Below are positions 17,779 to 26,398 of a stretch of 56,410 nucleotides of DNA, piece after piece. A program made the position numbers and the translations under genes. Each line of letters begins with the position of its first letter. Position 1 is the stretch's first letter. This DNA comes from Bacteroidota bacterium (GTDB taxonomy: Bacteria; Bacteroidota; Ignavibacteria; UBA10030; UBA6906): NCBI GenBank assembly GCA_017860635.1, contig JAGDMK010000035.1:1-56410 (forward strand), read 5' to 3'. The notes beneath the pieces are model-generated. The model made no database searches and was not told where the DNA came from. It saw only the letters and a program-made list of their open reading frames with translations.

Positions 17779-18167
17779 AGATCATGATCGTCGACGATGA
17801 GCGTGATGTAGAGATCCTCTTCCGCCAGCAATTCCGCAAGGAAGTCAAAGACGGACGCGTCGAGCTGTGCTACGCCTTCTCTGGCGAGGAGGCCCTGGAT
17901 TACCTCCAGACCGTCAACCCTCCCGATGTCGTGTGTATTCTTTCGGACATCAACATGCCGGGTATCACCGGACTCGACCTGTTGAAGGCGGTCAAGGAGA
18001 AATACCCGGGCATCAGGGTCTCGATGATCACCGCGTATGGTGACGAGCTCAACTTCAAGACGGCCATGTCAGCGGGCGCGGAGCACTATTTCACCAAGCC
18101 GATAGACTTCGACCAGGTGAAGCGGAACGTTCTGATCCTCGCACCTGCTACTGCCCAGGGATCATGA
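17775..18167 (+). CDS. Stand-alone response-regulator receiver (CheY-like) protein
   Basis: ATGA overlap with the kinase stop. The receiver-domain residues are present: MIVDDE, the phospho-acceptor context ILSDINMPGITGLDLL, and FTKPIDF. Confidence 0.9.
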   Translation: MKIMIVDDERDVEILFRQQFRKEVKDGRVELCYAFSGEEALDYLQTVNPPDVVCILSDINMPGITGLDLLKAVKEKYPGIRVSMITAYGDELNFKTAMSAGAEHYFTKPIDFDQVKRNVLILAPATAQGS

Positions 18168-18170
18168 TCC

Positions 18171-19361
18171 ATGTCAGGGAAGGATATCAGCGTGCCACCG
18201 AGAATTCTCGTTGTTGACGATGAGCCGGATCTCGAACTGCTCATCAAGCAGCGTTTCCGGAAACAGATTCGGGAAAACGAACTCGCGTTCGAGTTTGCAC
18301 AAAATGGCGTCCATGCACTCCAGAAACTGGATGAGCACGGGGACATCTCCGTCATTCTGTCGGATATCAATATGCCCGAAATGGACGGACTGACCCTCCT
18401 GGAGAGGGTGAGTGAACGGAACAATCCGGCCATTAAGTCGGTCATCATATCGGCCTATGGCGACATGGAGAACATCCGGACTGCCATGAACCGCGGGGCC
18501 TTCGACTTTCTGACGAAGCCGATCGACTTTGTCGATCTGGAGCTCACGGTGCAGAAGACCATGCAGCAACTCGAGATCATAAAGCATGCGATGACGGTGA
18601 GGGATGAACTCGTGGCCGTGCAGAGGGACCTGAGCACGGCGACCCGCATCCAGCAGTCATTGCTTCCGAAGACGTTCCCTCCGTTCCCCCATCGCCCCGA
18701 GATCGATCTTTATGCGGAGATGATAACGGCAAAGCAGGTCGGCGGCGACTTCTACGATTACTATTTTATCGATGAAGAGCGTCTCGCCTTCACGGTCGGA
18801 GATGTCTCCGGGAAAGGCATTCCGGCTGCCATCTACATGGCCGTCAGCCGCACGCTCCTGAAGGCGATCGCCCATCAGGTCGTCAATCCGGGTGAGGTCC
18901 TCAGAAAGCTCAACACGCTGTTGATCCCGGAAAGCGAGTCTGCCACGTTCGTGACGGTGTTCTTCGGCGTGCTGAACATCCGTTCGGGAGAGCTGCAATA
19001 CAGCAACGGCGCACACAACGCCCCATTTCTCCTGAGAGCTGGTGGCGGCATCGAAGAGCTTCCGCTGACAGAGGGTTCGATTCTCGGGAAGATTCCTCAT
19101 CTCGATTTCGATACAAGGAGAGTGAAGCTCCAGAAGGGCGACACGCTCTTCCTCTATACAGACGGCGTGAGCGAGGCAATGGATCCGGAAAGCAATCAAT
19201 ATGGCGACGACCGGCTGAAGGGATATCTGGCGTCAACGAACGGGTCCAGCATCGAAGAACTGGTCAAGAACAACCTCGCAGATGTGAAGAAGCACACGCG
19301 TGACGCGCTGCAATCCGACGATATAACAGTTCTTGCGCTGCGCTATCGGGGAGTGCCGTGA
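18171..19361 (+). CDS. Response regulator fused to a PP2C/SpoIIE-type Ser/Thr phosphatase (RsbY/RsbU-like)
   Basis: The N-terminal REC domain shows LVVDDEPD, ILSDINMPEMDGLTLL and LTKPIDF. The C-terminal SpoIIE/PP2C domain shows GGDFYDYYFIDEERLAFTVGDVSGKGIPAAIYMA, LFLYTDGVSEA and DDITVLALRY. It starts 3 nt after the previous stop. Confidence 0.9.
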   Translation: MSGKDISVPPRILVVDDEPDLELLIKQRFRKQIRENELAFEFAQNGVHALQKLDEHGDISVILSDINMPEMDGLTLLERVSERNNPAIKSVIISAYGDMENIRTAMNRGAFDFLTKPIDFVDLELTVQKTMQQLEIIKHAMTVRDELVAVQRDLSTATRIQQSLLPKTFPPFPHRPEIDLYAEMITAKQVGGDFYDYYFIDEERLAFTVGDVSGKGIPAAIYMAVSRTLLKAIAHQVVNPGEVLRKLNTLLIPESESATFVTVFFGVLNIRSGELQYSNGAHNAPFLLRAGGGIEELPLTEGSILGKIPHLDFDTRRVKLQKGDTLFLYTDGVSEAMDPESNQYGDDRLKGYLASTNGSSIEELVKNNLADVKKHTRDALQSDDITVLALRYRGVP

Positions 19362-19447
19362 GGTTCCCTGTGCATGGGGATCAGACGTGGTCTCCGCATT
19401 TGCCAACAGGCGACTTACCTGAGGTTCCCTCAGCATGGGGACCAGAC
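19359..19447 (+). repeat. Two 28-nt direct repeats (TGAGGTTCCCTgtGCATGGGGAtCAGAC / TGAGGTTCCCTcaGCATGGGGAcCAGAC) 61 nt apart
   Basis: Copy 1 spans 19359-19386 and starts with the TGA stop of the REC-PP2C gene. Copy 2 spans 19420-19447. 25 of 28 positions are identical. Each copy has a short TCCC...GGGA inverted element. Confidence 0.7.
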
Positions 19448-19770
19448 ACCTGTGCGCCTGTGAACGTGTGTATAGGCTTTGCCCGTCTTCCTGATCCTCG
19501 TATTTCCCTGAAGGTCTGAAGCAGGGCAGTTCTGCACTGCCACGAACAACCGCACTCCTCCCACTCTGATGGAATCCACCTGGGCATGCCGATATAGTGC
19601 CTGGGCAGAGGGATCCCGCCCGTTCGTCACCAGCATGGCTAATCCTTAGATTCCGCCTGGCTCAGACAAAGTCATGCTAAAAGTCTGAGATTATGTAAAA
19701 TAGCGCAGAATCAGGTTTTCCAGGTCCGGGCGTTTCAATGTTTCCCACATATTTAAGTGAACGTTAACTC

Positions 19771-19800
19771 TTGACTTTCTGGATGTGCTATCTGTAAATT
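19771..19800 (+). promoter_or_regulatory. Candidate sigma-70-type promoter of the TonB-receptor operon (TTGACT-N18-TAAATT)
   Basis: TTGACT at 19771-19776 and TAAATT at 19795-19800, about 130 nt upstream of ATG 19928. A similar TTGACTTT box occurs at 53081 upstream of the GPH transporter gene. Confidence 0.35.
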
Positions 19801-19927
19801 GAACCGGTTAGACCGTTCAATCTCGTTCGATTGCCGTTGTCCATACCCCGCCGAACGGCGCCATACGTTCACGATACACAATAGATTCTGCGCCCACCAT
19901 GCCCACATGGGGAGGAGTCACTGCGAA

Positions 19928-22900
19928 ATGGAACGATTGACAAGGGCGATTGCACTGACGCTGCTGCTTGCGTTGCTTGCCTCTCCGCCTCTCAAGTCGG
20001 GTGAAACCGGGAAGGTTGCCGGGATAATAACCGATAAAGTCACCGGTGAAGCCCTGACGGCTGCCAATATCTCAATCGTCGGCACCTCCATGGGAGGAGC
20101 TGCGAACCTCGAGGGACAATACACCATCCTCCATGTCCCGCCCGGCACCTATAGCCTGCGCGTTTCCCTCATCGGTTACACCACGGTCACCCTCAATGAT
20201 GTGCGAGTGTACATCGACCAGACAGCAAGAGTCGATGTCGCCCTCGCATCCGAATTGATCGAAGGGAGGGAGGTCGTCATCGTTGCAGAAATGCCGACGA
20301 TCAAGAAAGACGTGGCGACGAGCGTCGTTGCCGTGACCGCAAACGAGATTTCCTCTCTTCCTGTGACGAATGTCGTGAGCGCCATCGGCCTGCAGGCGGG
20401 CATTCGCGGCGGATGGGGAGGGCCCGCGGGATATGCGTCTGCGCCGTCCTTCATCTCAAACTACCAGAGAGGAACAGTCAGCGTCAACCAGGGACCCAGC
20501 ATCCGGGGAGGCGGAGGAGACAATGTGCTTTTCATGGTCGATGGCGTCACCATGCGTGATCCGCGCAACAGCGAACCGATGACCAGAGTGCCGTTGAATG
20601 CCGTCCAGGAAATCTCCGTCGAGCGCGGTGGATTCAATGCTGAGTATGGCCAGGTACGCTCCGGTGTCATCAACGTTATTACAAAGGAAGGAGCCAAACG
20701 CGGCTACGCGGGAGGACTTCAGTTGCGCGTACTGCCGCCGCAACCGAAATACTACAAAGTTGACGGTGTTCGAGATGTCACCGACCCCTACTCCTTTGCA
20801 TTGCGCCCGTTCTTTGATCCTGATGTGTGTTGGACAGGCACGGATAACGGGGCGTGGGATACCTACATGAGGGCGCAGTATCCGGAATTCTCCGGGTGGA
20901 ATGCAGTTGCGCGGGTCATGAACACGGACAACGATCCGAACAACGATGTAACCCCGCTTGGTGCGCAACGCATCTTCATGTATGAGACCCGCAAACGGCA
21001 AATCAACAATGAGCCCGACTTCGACATCGATGCCGGCTTCGGCGGGCCGGTCCCGTTCATCGGTGAAGCACTGGGGGATCTGCGTTTCTACGGGTCATAC
21101 CGCAGCACCCGCGAGATGTTGCTCTTCCCTCTTACCAGGCCGGACTACCGTGACTTCGACGCGAATCTGCGGGTGAATGCCGACATCACACCCACCATGA
21201 AACTGCAGGTCTCTGGTGCCTTCGGGAAGCAGTATACCATCAGGCACAACTGGGATGGCACCGGAACATACTTCTTTCCGCGCTACCCGAACGACATTGC
21301 GGGTGTAAGCAGCTACATCGGCAGCTCCACAGATCTCCTGCTCATGTTTTCCGATTTCGCCTTTGCGCTTGCCGATGTCGGCCATCAGTCCGCGGCGGCA
21401 CGATTCACCCACACCATCAGCTCCAATACGTTCTACGAAGTCGCATTGGAACACTTCAGACGCGATTACTGGGTCCGTCCGCCTGCCGTAAGGGACACGT
21501 CACAAAAGTACGAAGTCATTCCGGGTTTCTGGGAGGACTCGAATCCGTTCGGTTATTGGCCGTACGACGTCAATGGAGTCCTGCTCCCGGGAGCTAGCCG
21601 GGAGTTCGTCAGTAGAGCCCGCGACAACAGCGTGATGAACACGACAACGATTAAAGGGGATCTCACCAGCCAGATCAACTTCCATAATCTCCTGAAAGCC
21701 GGTGCCGAGTTCGTGTACAACGATCTCGATTTCGACTACGGCACGATCGGCGGGGCCTCGCAGGACCAGGTCTATTCCGCGCGGGTCCAGAAGAGAGTCT
21801 TCCCGCTGAGGGGGGGGCTCTACCTGCAAGACAAGCTCGAGCTGGAAGAGTTCACGGTCAACGCCGGCTTGCGGCTTGAGTACACCAACTCGAACGTCGA
21901 CTGGTGGGCGGTCAGCGCCTACGACCAGTCATTCTTCTCCTCCAAGTACAACTCGGTCACGGAATACGCCACGGAGGCATCCAAAGCACAGTGGACTCTC
22001 AGTCCCCGCCTCGGCATCTCGCATCCCATAACGGAGGACGCAAAGCTCTTCTTCAACTATGGCCACTTCAAACAACTGCCTCAGTATGAGACGTTATTCC
22101 GGGTGCAGCGGACATCGCAAAACGCGATGACGAGCTTCGGAGACCCGAACCTCATCCTGGCCAAGACCATTTCGTACGAACTGGGATTCGACTACCTCGT
22201 GTTCGATGACATCCTGATTCAAATGGCCGGCTTCTACAATGACATCACCGATCAGCAGGACTTCACGGTATTCTCCGGCACGGTGGGCGGCTTCTCGTAC
22301 ACGAAGTCTACTTCCAACAACTACCAGGACACCCGCGGATTTGAGCTGACAATCCGCAAGAACACCGGAAGGTGGTGGACAGGCTTTGCCAACTACACGT
22401 ACCAGGTAAATACGTCAGGGCACTTCGGGAGTTCGCGGTATTTTGACTCAAAGGGAAGCCAGGCCACATGGGATGCGCAGACGTCGAATCTCTACCAGGA
22501 CCGGCCGATTCCGCAACCCTATGCCCGAGTGAATCTCTATCTGCAGACACCGGAGGATTTTGGGCCGGAGATATTCGGCCATCACATCCTCGGCGGCTGG
22601 GGCTTGAATACGCTGTTTGACTGGCAGGCTGGTTACTGGACCACCTGGAATCCGAGTAGTCTGCCGTACGTCGCATACAACGTCAAGTCGGTGGACTTCT
22701 ACAACCTCTACATGCGATTGGAGAAGATGGTGGATATCGGCAAGTTCAAGGTACAGCTCTTCATGGATATCAACAACGTGTTGAACACGCTCCGCCTGTC
22801 TACCACCAACGATCAGGAGTACATGAAATCGCTGCACCTGCCGACCAGCCCCGACTACAACAACATCCCCGGTGATGACAAGGTAGGCAACTACAGGGAG

Positions 22901-23158
22901 CCTGGTGTGGCCTATCAACCGATGGAGAACGGCGTGGATTTCACACAGGCCGGGCTCAAAGGCGTCATCTACTATCAAGGCTCGAGCGGCAACTACTACG
23001 AGTACGTGAACAGCCAGTGGCAGCAGGTCGAGCAGGGCCGGCTGAACAGGATCCTGGAGGACAAGGCATACGTCGACATGCCGAACGCGGACACATACTG
23101 GTTCCTCGATCCTCGAAGGGTCTACTTTGGCCTGAAGGTCTCATTCAACTTTGACTAA
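19928..23158 (+). CDS. TonB-dependent outer-membrane receptor with an N-terminal carboxypeptidase-regulatory-like domain
   Basis: ORF 19799..23158, with ATG 19928 after GGAGGAG. Its parts, in order:
- signal peptide MERLTRAIALTLLLALLASPPLKSG
- CarboxypepD_reg-like block GKVAGIITDKVTGEALTAANISIVG...GTYSLRVSLIGY
- plug blocks IRGGGGDNVLFMVDGVTMRD and VERGGFNAEYGQVRSGVINVITKEG
- a long beta-barrel-type sequence ending YFGLKVSFNFD. Confidence 0.85.
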   Translation: MERLTRAIALTLLLALLASPPLKSGETGKVAGIITDKVTGEALTAANISIVGTSMGGAANLEGQYTILHVPPGTYSLRVSLIGYTTVTLNDVRVYIDQTARVDVALASELIEGREVVIVAEMPTIKKDVATSVVAVTANEISSLPVTNVVSAIGLQAGIRGGWGGPAGYASAPSFISNYQRGTVSVNQGPSIRGGGGDNVLFMVDGVTMRDPRNSEPMTRVPLNAVQEISVERGGFNAEYGQVRSGVINVITKEGAKRGYAGGLQLRVLPPQPKYYKVDGVRDVTDPYSFALRPFFDPDVCWTGTDNGAWDTYMRAQYPEFSGWNAVARVMNTDNDPNNDVTPLGAQRIFMYETRKRQINNEPDFDIDAGFGGPVPFIGEALGDLRFYGSYRSTREMLLFPLTRPDYRDFDANLRVNADITPTMKLQVSGAFGKQYTIRHNWDGTGTYFFPRYPNDIAGVSSYIGSSTDLLLMFSDFAFALADVGHQSAAARFTHTISSNTFYEVALEHFRRDYWVRPPAVRDTSQKYEVIPGFWEDSNPFGYWPYDVNGVLLPGASREFVSRARDNSVMNTTTIKGDLTSQINFHNLLKAGAEFVYNDLDFDYGTIGGASQDQVYSARVQKRVFPLRGGLYLQDKLELEEFTVNAGLRLEYTNSNVDWWAVSAYDQSFFSSKYNSVTEYATEASKAQWTLSPRLGISHPITEDAKLFFNYGHFKQLPQYETLFRVQRTSQNAMTSFGDPNLILAKTISYELGFDYLVFDDILIQMAGFYNDITDQQDFTVFSGTVGGFSYTKSTSNNYQDTRGFELTIRKNTGRWWTGFANYTYQVNTSGHFGSSRYFDSKGSQATWDAQTSNLYQDRPIPQPYARVNLYLQTPEDFGPEIFGHHILGGWGLNTLFDWQAGYWTTWNPSSLPYVAYNVKSVDFYNLYMRLEKMVDIGKFKVQLFMDINNVLNTLRLSTTNDQEYMKSLHLPTSPDYNNIPGDDKVGNYREPGVAYQPMENGVDFTQAGLKGVIYYQGSSGNYYEYVNSQWQQVEQGRLNRILEDKAYVDMPNADTYWFLDPRRVYFGLKVSFNFD

Positions 23159-23180
23159 TCGCAGACAAAAAGGGGCATCC

Positions 23181-25316
23181 ATGATACGACGAACAGTCAG
23201 AGTGCGCGGTTGGCTCTCTCTGTGCGCGATAGTATGCTTGACAGCGCTTGTGATTTCCCTGGGCCAGGCTCAAGAGATCCGGTGGCTCCGTGTCGGCGAC
23301 CTGCAGTCGTTTGTGACCGACATCGGTGTTGAGTATGAGGGCCAGCCAACGACGGGGAATTCAAATTTCCTCTCCTGGCCTGCGCTGTATAGTATCGACC
23401 AGAACACCCTCCGCGGGAGACTCCTCTGGATCGGCTGCAAGAATTTCAACGATCCGGTGGAGAAAAAGCTGAAGCCGGTCAAGATGATTGGAGCCGGTCT
23501 GCGTGATTTCGATGACCGTCCAAACCAGATCTTTGTCCAGGAGATCACGCTCGTTGGCCGGAGCACGCATCCGACAGTGACCGTGGACAATGCGAGTGCC
23601 ACGGATCTCGACCAGTACGACGACCTTGATGAGCTGGATCCCTCTCTTCCTTGTGACCGCATGGTGCGAGTACGTTTCAACACCTCGATCGGCATCTCCG
23701 TCACGAAAAAGATCATGGCTTTCGCGAGTTCGCGGCACGGGAATTACTTCATTCACGACTACGTCTTCAAGAACACCGGCATCTACAACAGGGCCGGCGC
23801 AGTTCAATCGCAGACCCTTGACAGCACATGGTTCTACTTCGGGCAGAGGTACGCATTCGCGGGCGTCAGCTCTTCGGGATGGGGTTCATCCTGGGGAGCC
23901 TTCGCTTCCTGTTGGGGACATACCACGCTCTATCATACGTTTGGCGAAGATCCCACCTCTCCGGAATACACACACGCCGGCGCTCCGATGAGAGGATACA
24001 TCTCGTACTATGGCCCAAGTCCCGAGAGCAATCAGTCACTCCTTGCCTACGCGGAGGACTGGGGCTGCCCGGACTTCACCGGCAGGACAGGGATGCTGGG
24101 CTCGGCGAAATATGCGGGCTGCATTACCCTGCACGCCGATGCCGGTCCGGCGAATTCAGCTGACGATCCGTATCAGCCGAGGACGACCTGGTTCATCGGG
24201 AGCGACATCCAGGCAATGCAGAGCAGCGGGTCGAGCCAGTATGATAATCTGCTGATGGCTGACCGATATTCCATAGTTACGGAAGGCCACCCGCCCGGAA
24301 GTTATGACGAGGCTGTCGGCGATGGCAACTATGCGAGCGCCTACGGTGACGCGCGGCGGCAGAACGCCTTGCAGGGCCAGGGTTTCGGTCCGTACAGGCT
24401 TGCTCCCGGCGATAGCATCCACATTGTGTTTGCCGAAGGCGTGTCCGGGATTTCCTGGGAGAAGGGGAAGGAAGTGGGGGGCAACTGGCTCAGTTGGAAA
24501 ACCGCCACTGCTCAACCGACCCTCACCATGCCGAACGGCTCAACCACCACAGACCATAACGTGTACAAACGCCGGTGGGTGGAAACCGGAAGGGATTCTC
24601 TCCTCGCCACGTATCGCAATGCGATGGACAACTTCCGGTCGGGGTACACGGTTCCTCTGCCTCCGCCCCCGCCAAGCTCGTTCACCGTGGAATCCGGCGG
24701 CGACAGGATACGGCTAACGTGGGCAAGCAACGCGACCAGCGACCCGCACTTCGGTGGCTATGTCGTCTTTCGATCGAGGGGCACTGTTCAGGACTACCGG
24801 ACTTCGTACGAGAAGGTATTTGAATGCGGCAAGAGTGGTGTGGTCCACGAATTCAACGATGTCACTGCGATTCGCGGGTTCAACTACTTCTACTACGTCC
24901 AATCGAAGGATGACGGGACGCAAGTTGCCGGGACGATACTGTACAGCAGTCCATTCTGGACAATCACTGCGACGTCGAGCCCGGCTACGTTGCAGCGGCC
25001 TGCGGTGACCTCAACGCTCGATTCCGTCCGCGTGGTCCCGAATCCGTTTGACATCCGCGGCAGGTTTTTGCAGTTCGGCGACCGTTCCCAGTATGACCAG
25101 CTCTCTGTCTACGGCCTGCCACCGGTGGCGACGCTGAAGGTGTTCACCGAGCGGGGCGATCTGATCTGGCAGAAGGAGCACACACGCGGGACCGGAGACG
25201 TGCTCTGGACCTCGCAAACCTCTTCGGGGCAGATCATCTCCAGCGGCGTATACATCCTGGTTGTGTCGACACCGGACAATCGGTCGGTCATTCGAAAATT
25301 CGTTGTGATAAGGTAG
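23181..25316 (+). CDS. Secreted hypothetical protein (711 aa) with an FN3 domain and a T9SS-CTD/FlgD-Ig-like C-terminal beta-sandwich
   Basis: ATG 23181 follows AAAAGGGG. The signal peptide is MIRRTVRVRGWLSLCAIVCLTALVISLGQAQE. The ~480-aa N-terminal region has no motif I recognise. An FN3-like block follows (PPPPPSSFTVESGGDRIRLTWASNATSDPHFGGYVVFRS). The C-terminus is VRVVPNPFDIRG...ATLKVFTERGDLIW...ISSGVYILVVSTPDNRSVIRKFVVIR. Confidence 0.7.
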   Translation: MIRRTVRVRGWLSLCAIVCLTALVISLGQAQEIRWLRVGDLQSFVTDIGVEYEGQPTTGNSNFLSWPALYSIDQNTLRGRLLWIGCKNFNDPVEKKLKPVKMIGAGLRDFDDRPNQIFVQEITLVGRSTHPTVTVDNASATDLDQYDDLDELDPSLPCDRMVRVRFNTSIGISVTKKIMAFASSRHGNYFIHDYVFKNTGIYNRAGAVQSQTLDSTWFYFGQRYAFAGVSSSGWGSSWGAFASCWGHTTLYHTFGEDPTSPEYTHAGAPMRGYISYYGPSPESNQSLLAYAEDWGCPDFTGRTGMLGSAKYAGCITLHADAGPANSADDPYQPRTTWFIGSDIQAMQSSGSSQYDNLLMADRYSIVTEGHPPGSYDEAVGDGNYASAYGDARRQNALQGQGFGPYRLAPGDSIHIVFAEGVSGISWEKGKEVGGNWLSWKTATAQPTLTMPNGSTTTDHNVYKRRWVETGRDSLLATYRNAMDNFRSGYTVPLPPPPPSSFTVESGGDRIRLTWASNATSDPHFGGYVVFRSRGTVQDYRTSYEKVFECGKSGVVHEFNDVTAIRGFNYFYYVQSKDDGTQVAGTILYSSPFWTITATSSPATLQRPAVTSTLDSVRVVPNPFDIRGRFLQFGDRSQYDQLSVYGLPPVATLKVFTERGDLIWQKEHTRGTGDVLWTSQTSSGQIISSGVYILVVSTPDNRSVIRKFVVIR

Positions 25317-25327
25317 GGAGCGCAGCG

Positions 25328-26380
25328 ATGAACTACCGTCAGAGTTTGCGTACGATAACCCTCGGCGTGCTGCTGGTCTGCATGGTGGCCGCTCCGGCAT
25401 CCGGGCAGGAGAATCAGAAACTGGCGCAGAGCGGTTTTCAGTTCCTCGGCGTGGTGTCGGATGCCCGCGCGGCAGCGTTAGGGGAAGCCATGACCAGTCT
25501 CCGGTCCGGCTCGAGCGCGCTGTTCTTCAATCCGGCCGGGATGGCCGGGATGAACGGTGATTTTGATTTCACTGCGAGCACAAACAAGTGGATAGCGGAT
25601 ATCACGCATACTACGTTCAGTGCGGCGGTGAATCCATGGCACGGCGACTATGGGATCCTCGGTTTCAGCATCCAGCACATCGACTACGGTGAGTTCCTGG
25701 GCACACGCGTCAACAGTGCAAGTCCGAAGGGTTACGATGATACCGGCACATTCTCCTTGAGCGCACTTGCCCTGGGACTCGGGTACGCGAAGCAGCTTTC
25801 GGAGCGATTCAGCGTTGGAGCGCATGTACGCTGGGTGCGGCAGGATCTCGGAGAAAGCATGACAGCGGTGAACATCCAGACATACTTCCCGGGGACAGAT
25901 TCGAGCTACCGGGTTGCGGACACGGTCTTCGTCAGCAACAAACTGTCGCCACTCGTGTTTGACTTCGGAACGCAATTCAAGACCGGTTTCAAAAGCCTGG
26001 TCTTTGGCATGTCGGTGCGCAATTTCTCCGGAGAGGTCGAATACGCGTCCGAAGGCTTTCAGGCACCGCTGGTGTTCACGTTGGGAATTTCCATAGATGT
26101 GATGGACTTCATCGAAGGTCTTTCGCCGGACCATTCATTGTACTGCAGCATCGATGCGAGTCATCATCGGGATCATCCAGAGCAGCTGAAAATCGGATTG
26201 GAGTACACGCTGATGGATCTGCTCAGTCTGCGGGCCGGGTATGCTTCGAGCAACAACGATGAGACGAACTTCTCTTATGGTATTGGAGTCTCCAAGTACG
26301 GTATCGCCTTTGACTATGCCTACACGCCATACGGAGTATTTGACGCGGTTCAGAGAATGACCGTGCGGTTTTCCTACTGA
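25328..26380 (+). CDS. PorV/PorQ-family-like outer-membrane beta-barrel protein
   Basis: It starts 11 nt after the previous stop, with a GGGAG RBS. The signal peptide is LLVCMVAAPASGQ. The N-terminal block AQSGFQFLGVVSDARAAALGEAMTSL..SSALFFNPAGMA resembles the PorV/PorQ (FadL-like) family signature. It has alternating beta-strand character and ends with an aromatic residue (..MTVRFSY). Confidence 0.65.
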   Translation: MNYRQSLRTITLGVLLVCMVAAPASGQENQKLAQSGFQFLGVVSDARAAALGEAMTSLRSGSSALFFNPAGMAGMNGDFDFTASTNKWIADITHTTFSAAVNPWHGDYGILGFSIQHIDYGEFLGTRVNSASPKGYDDTGTFSLSALALGLGYAKQLSERFSVGAHVRWVRQDLGESMTAVNIQTYFPGTDSSYRVADTVFVSNKLSPLVFDFGTQFKTGFKSLVFGMSVRNFSGEVEYASEGFQAPLVFTLGISIDVMDFIEGLSPDHSLYCSIDASHHRDHPEQLKIGLEYTLMDLLSLRAGYASSNNDETNFSYGIGVSKYGIAFDYAYTPYGVFDAVQRMTVRFSY

Positions 26381-26398
26381 TCCGGGGAAGGAAGAACT

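Noticed and set aside
19801-19927. A possible riboswitch or structured leader in the ~130-nt 5' region of the TonB-receptor gene, which contains the near-palindrome GAACCGGTTAGACCGTTC.
   Set aside because: I could not find a conserved riboswitch core, for example a cobalamin B12-box or a TPP or other motif. There is only one weak hairpin, which is not enough to call an RNA element.
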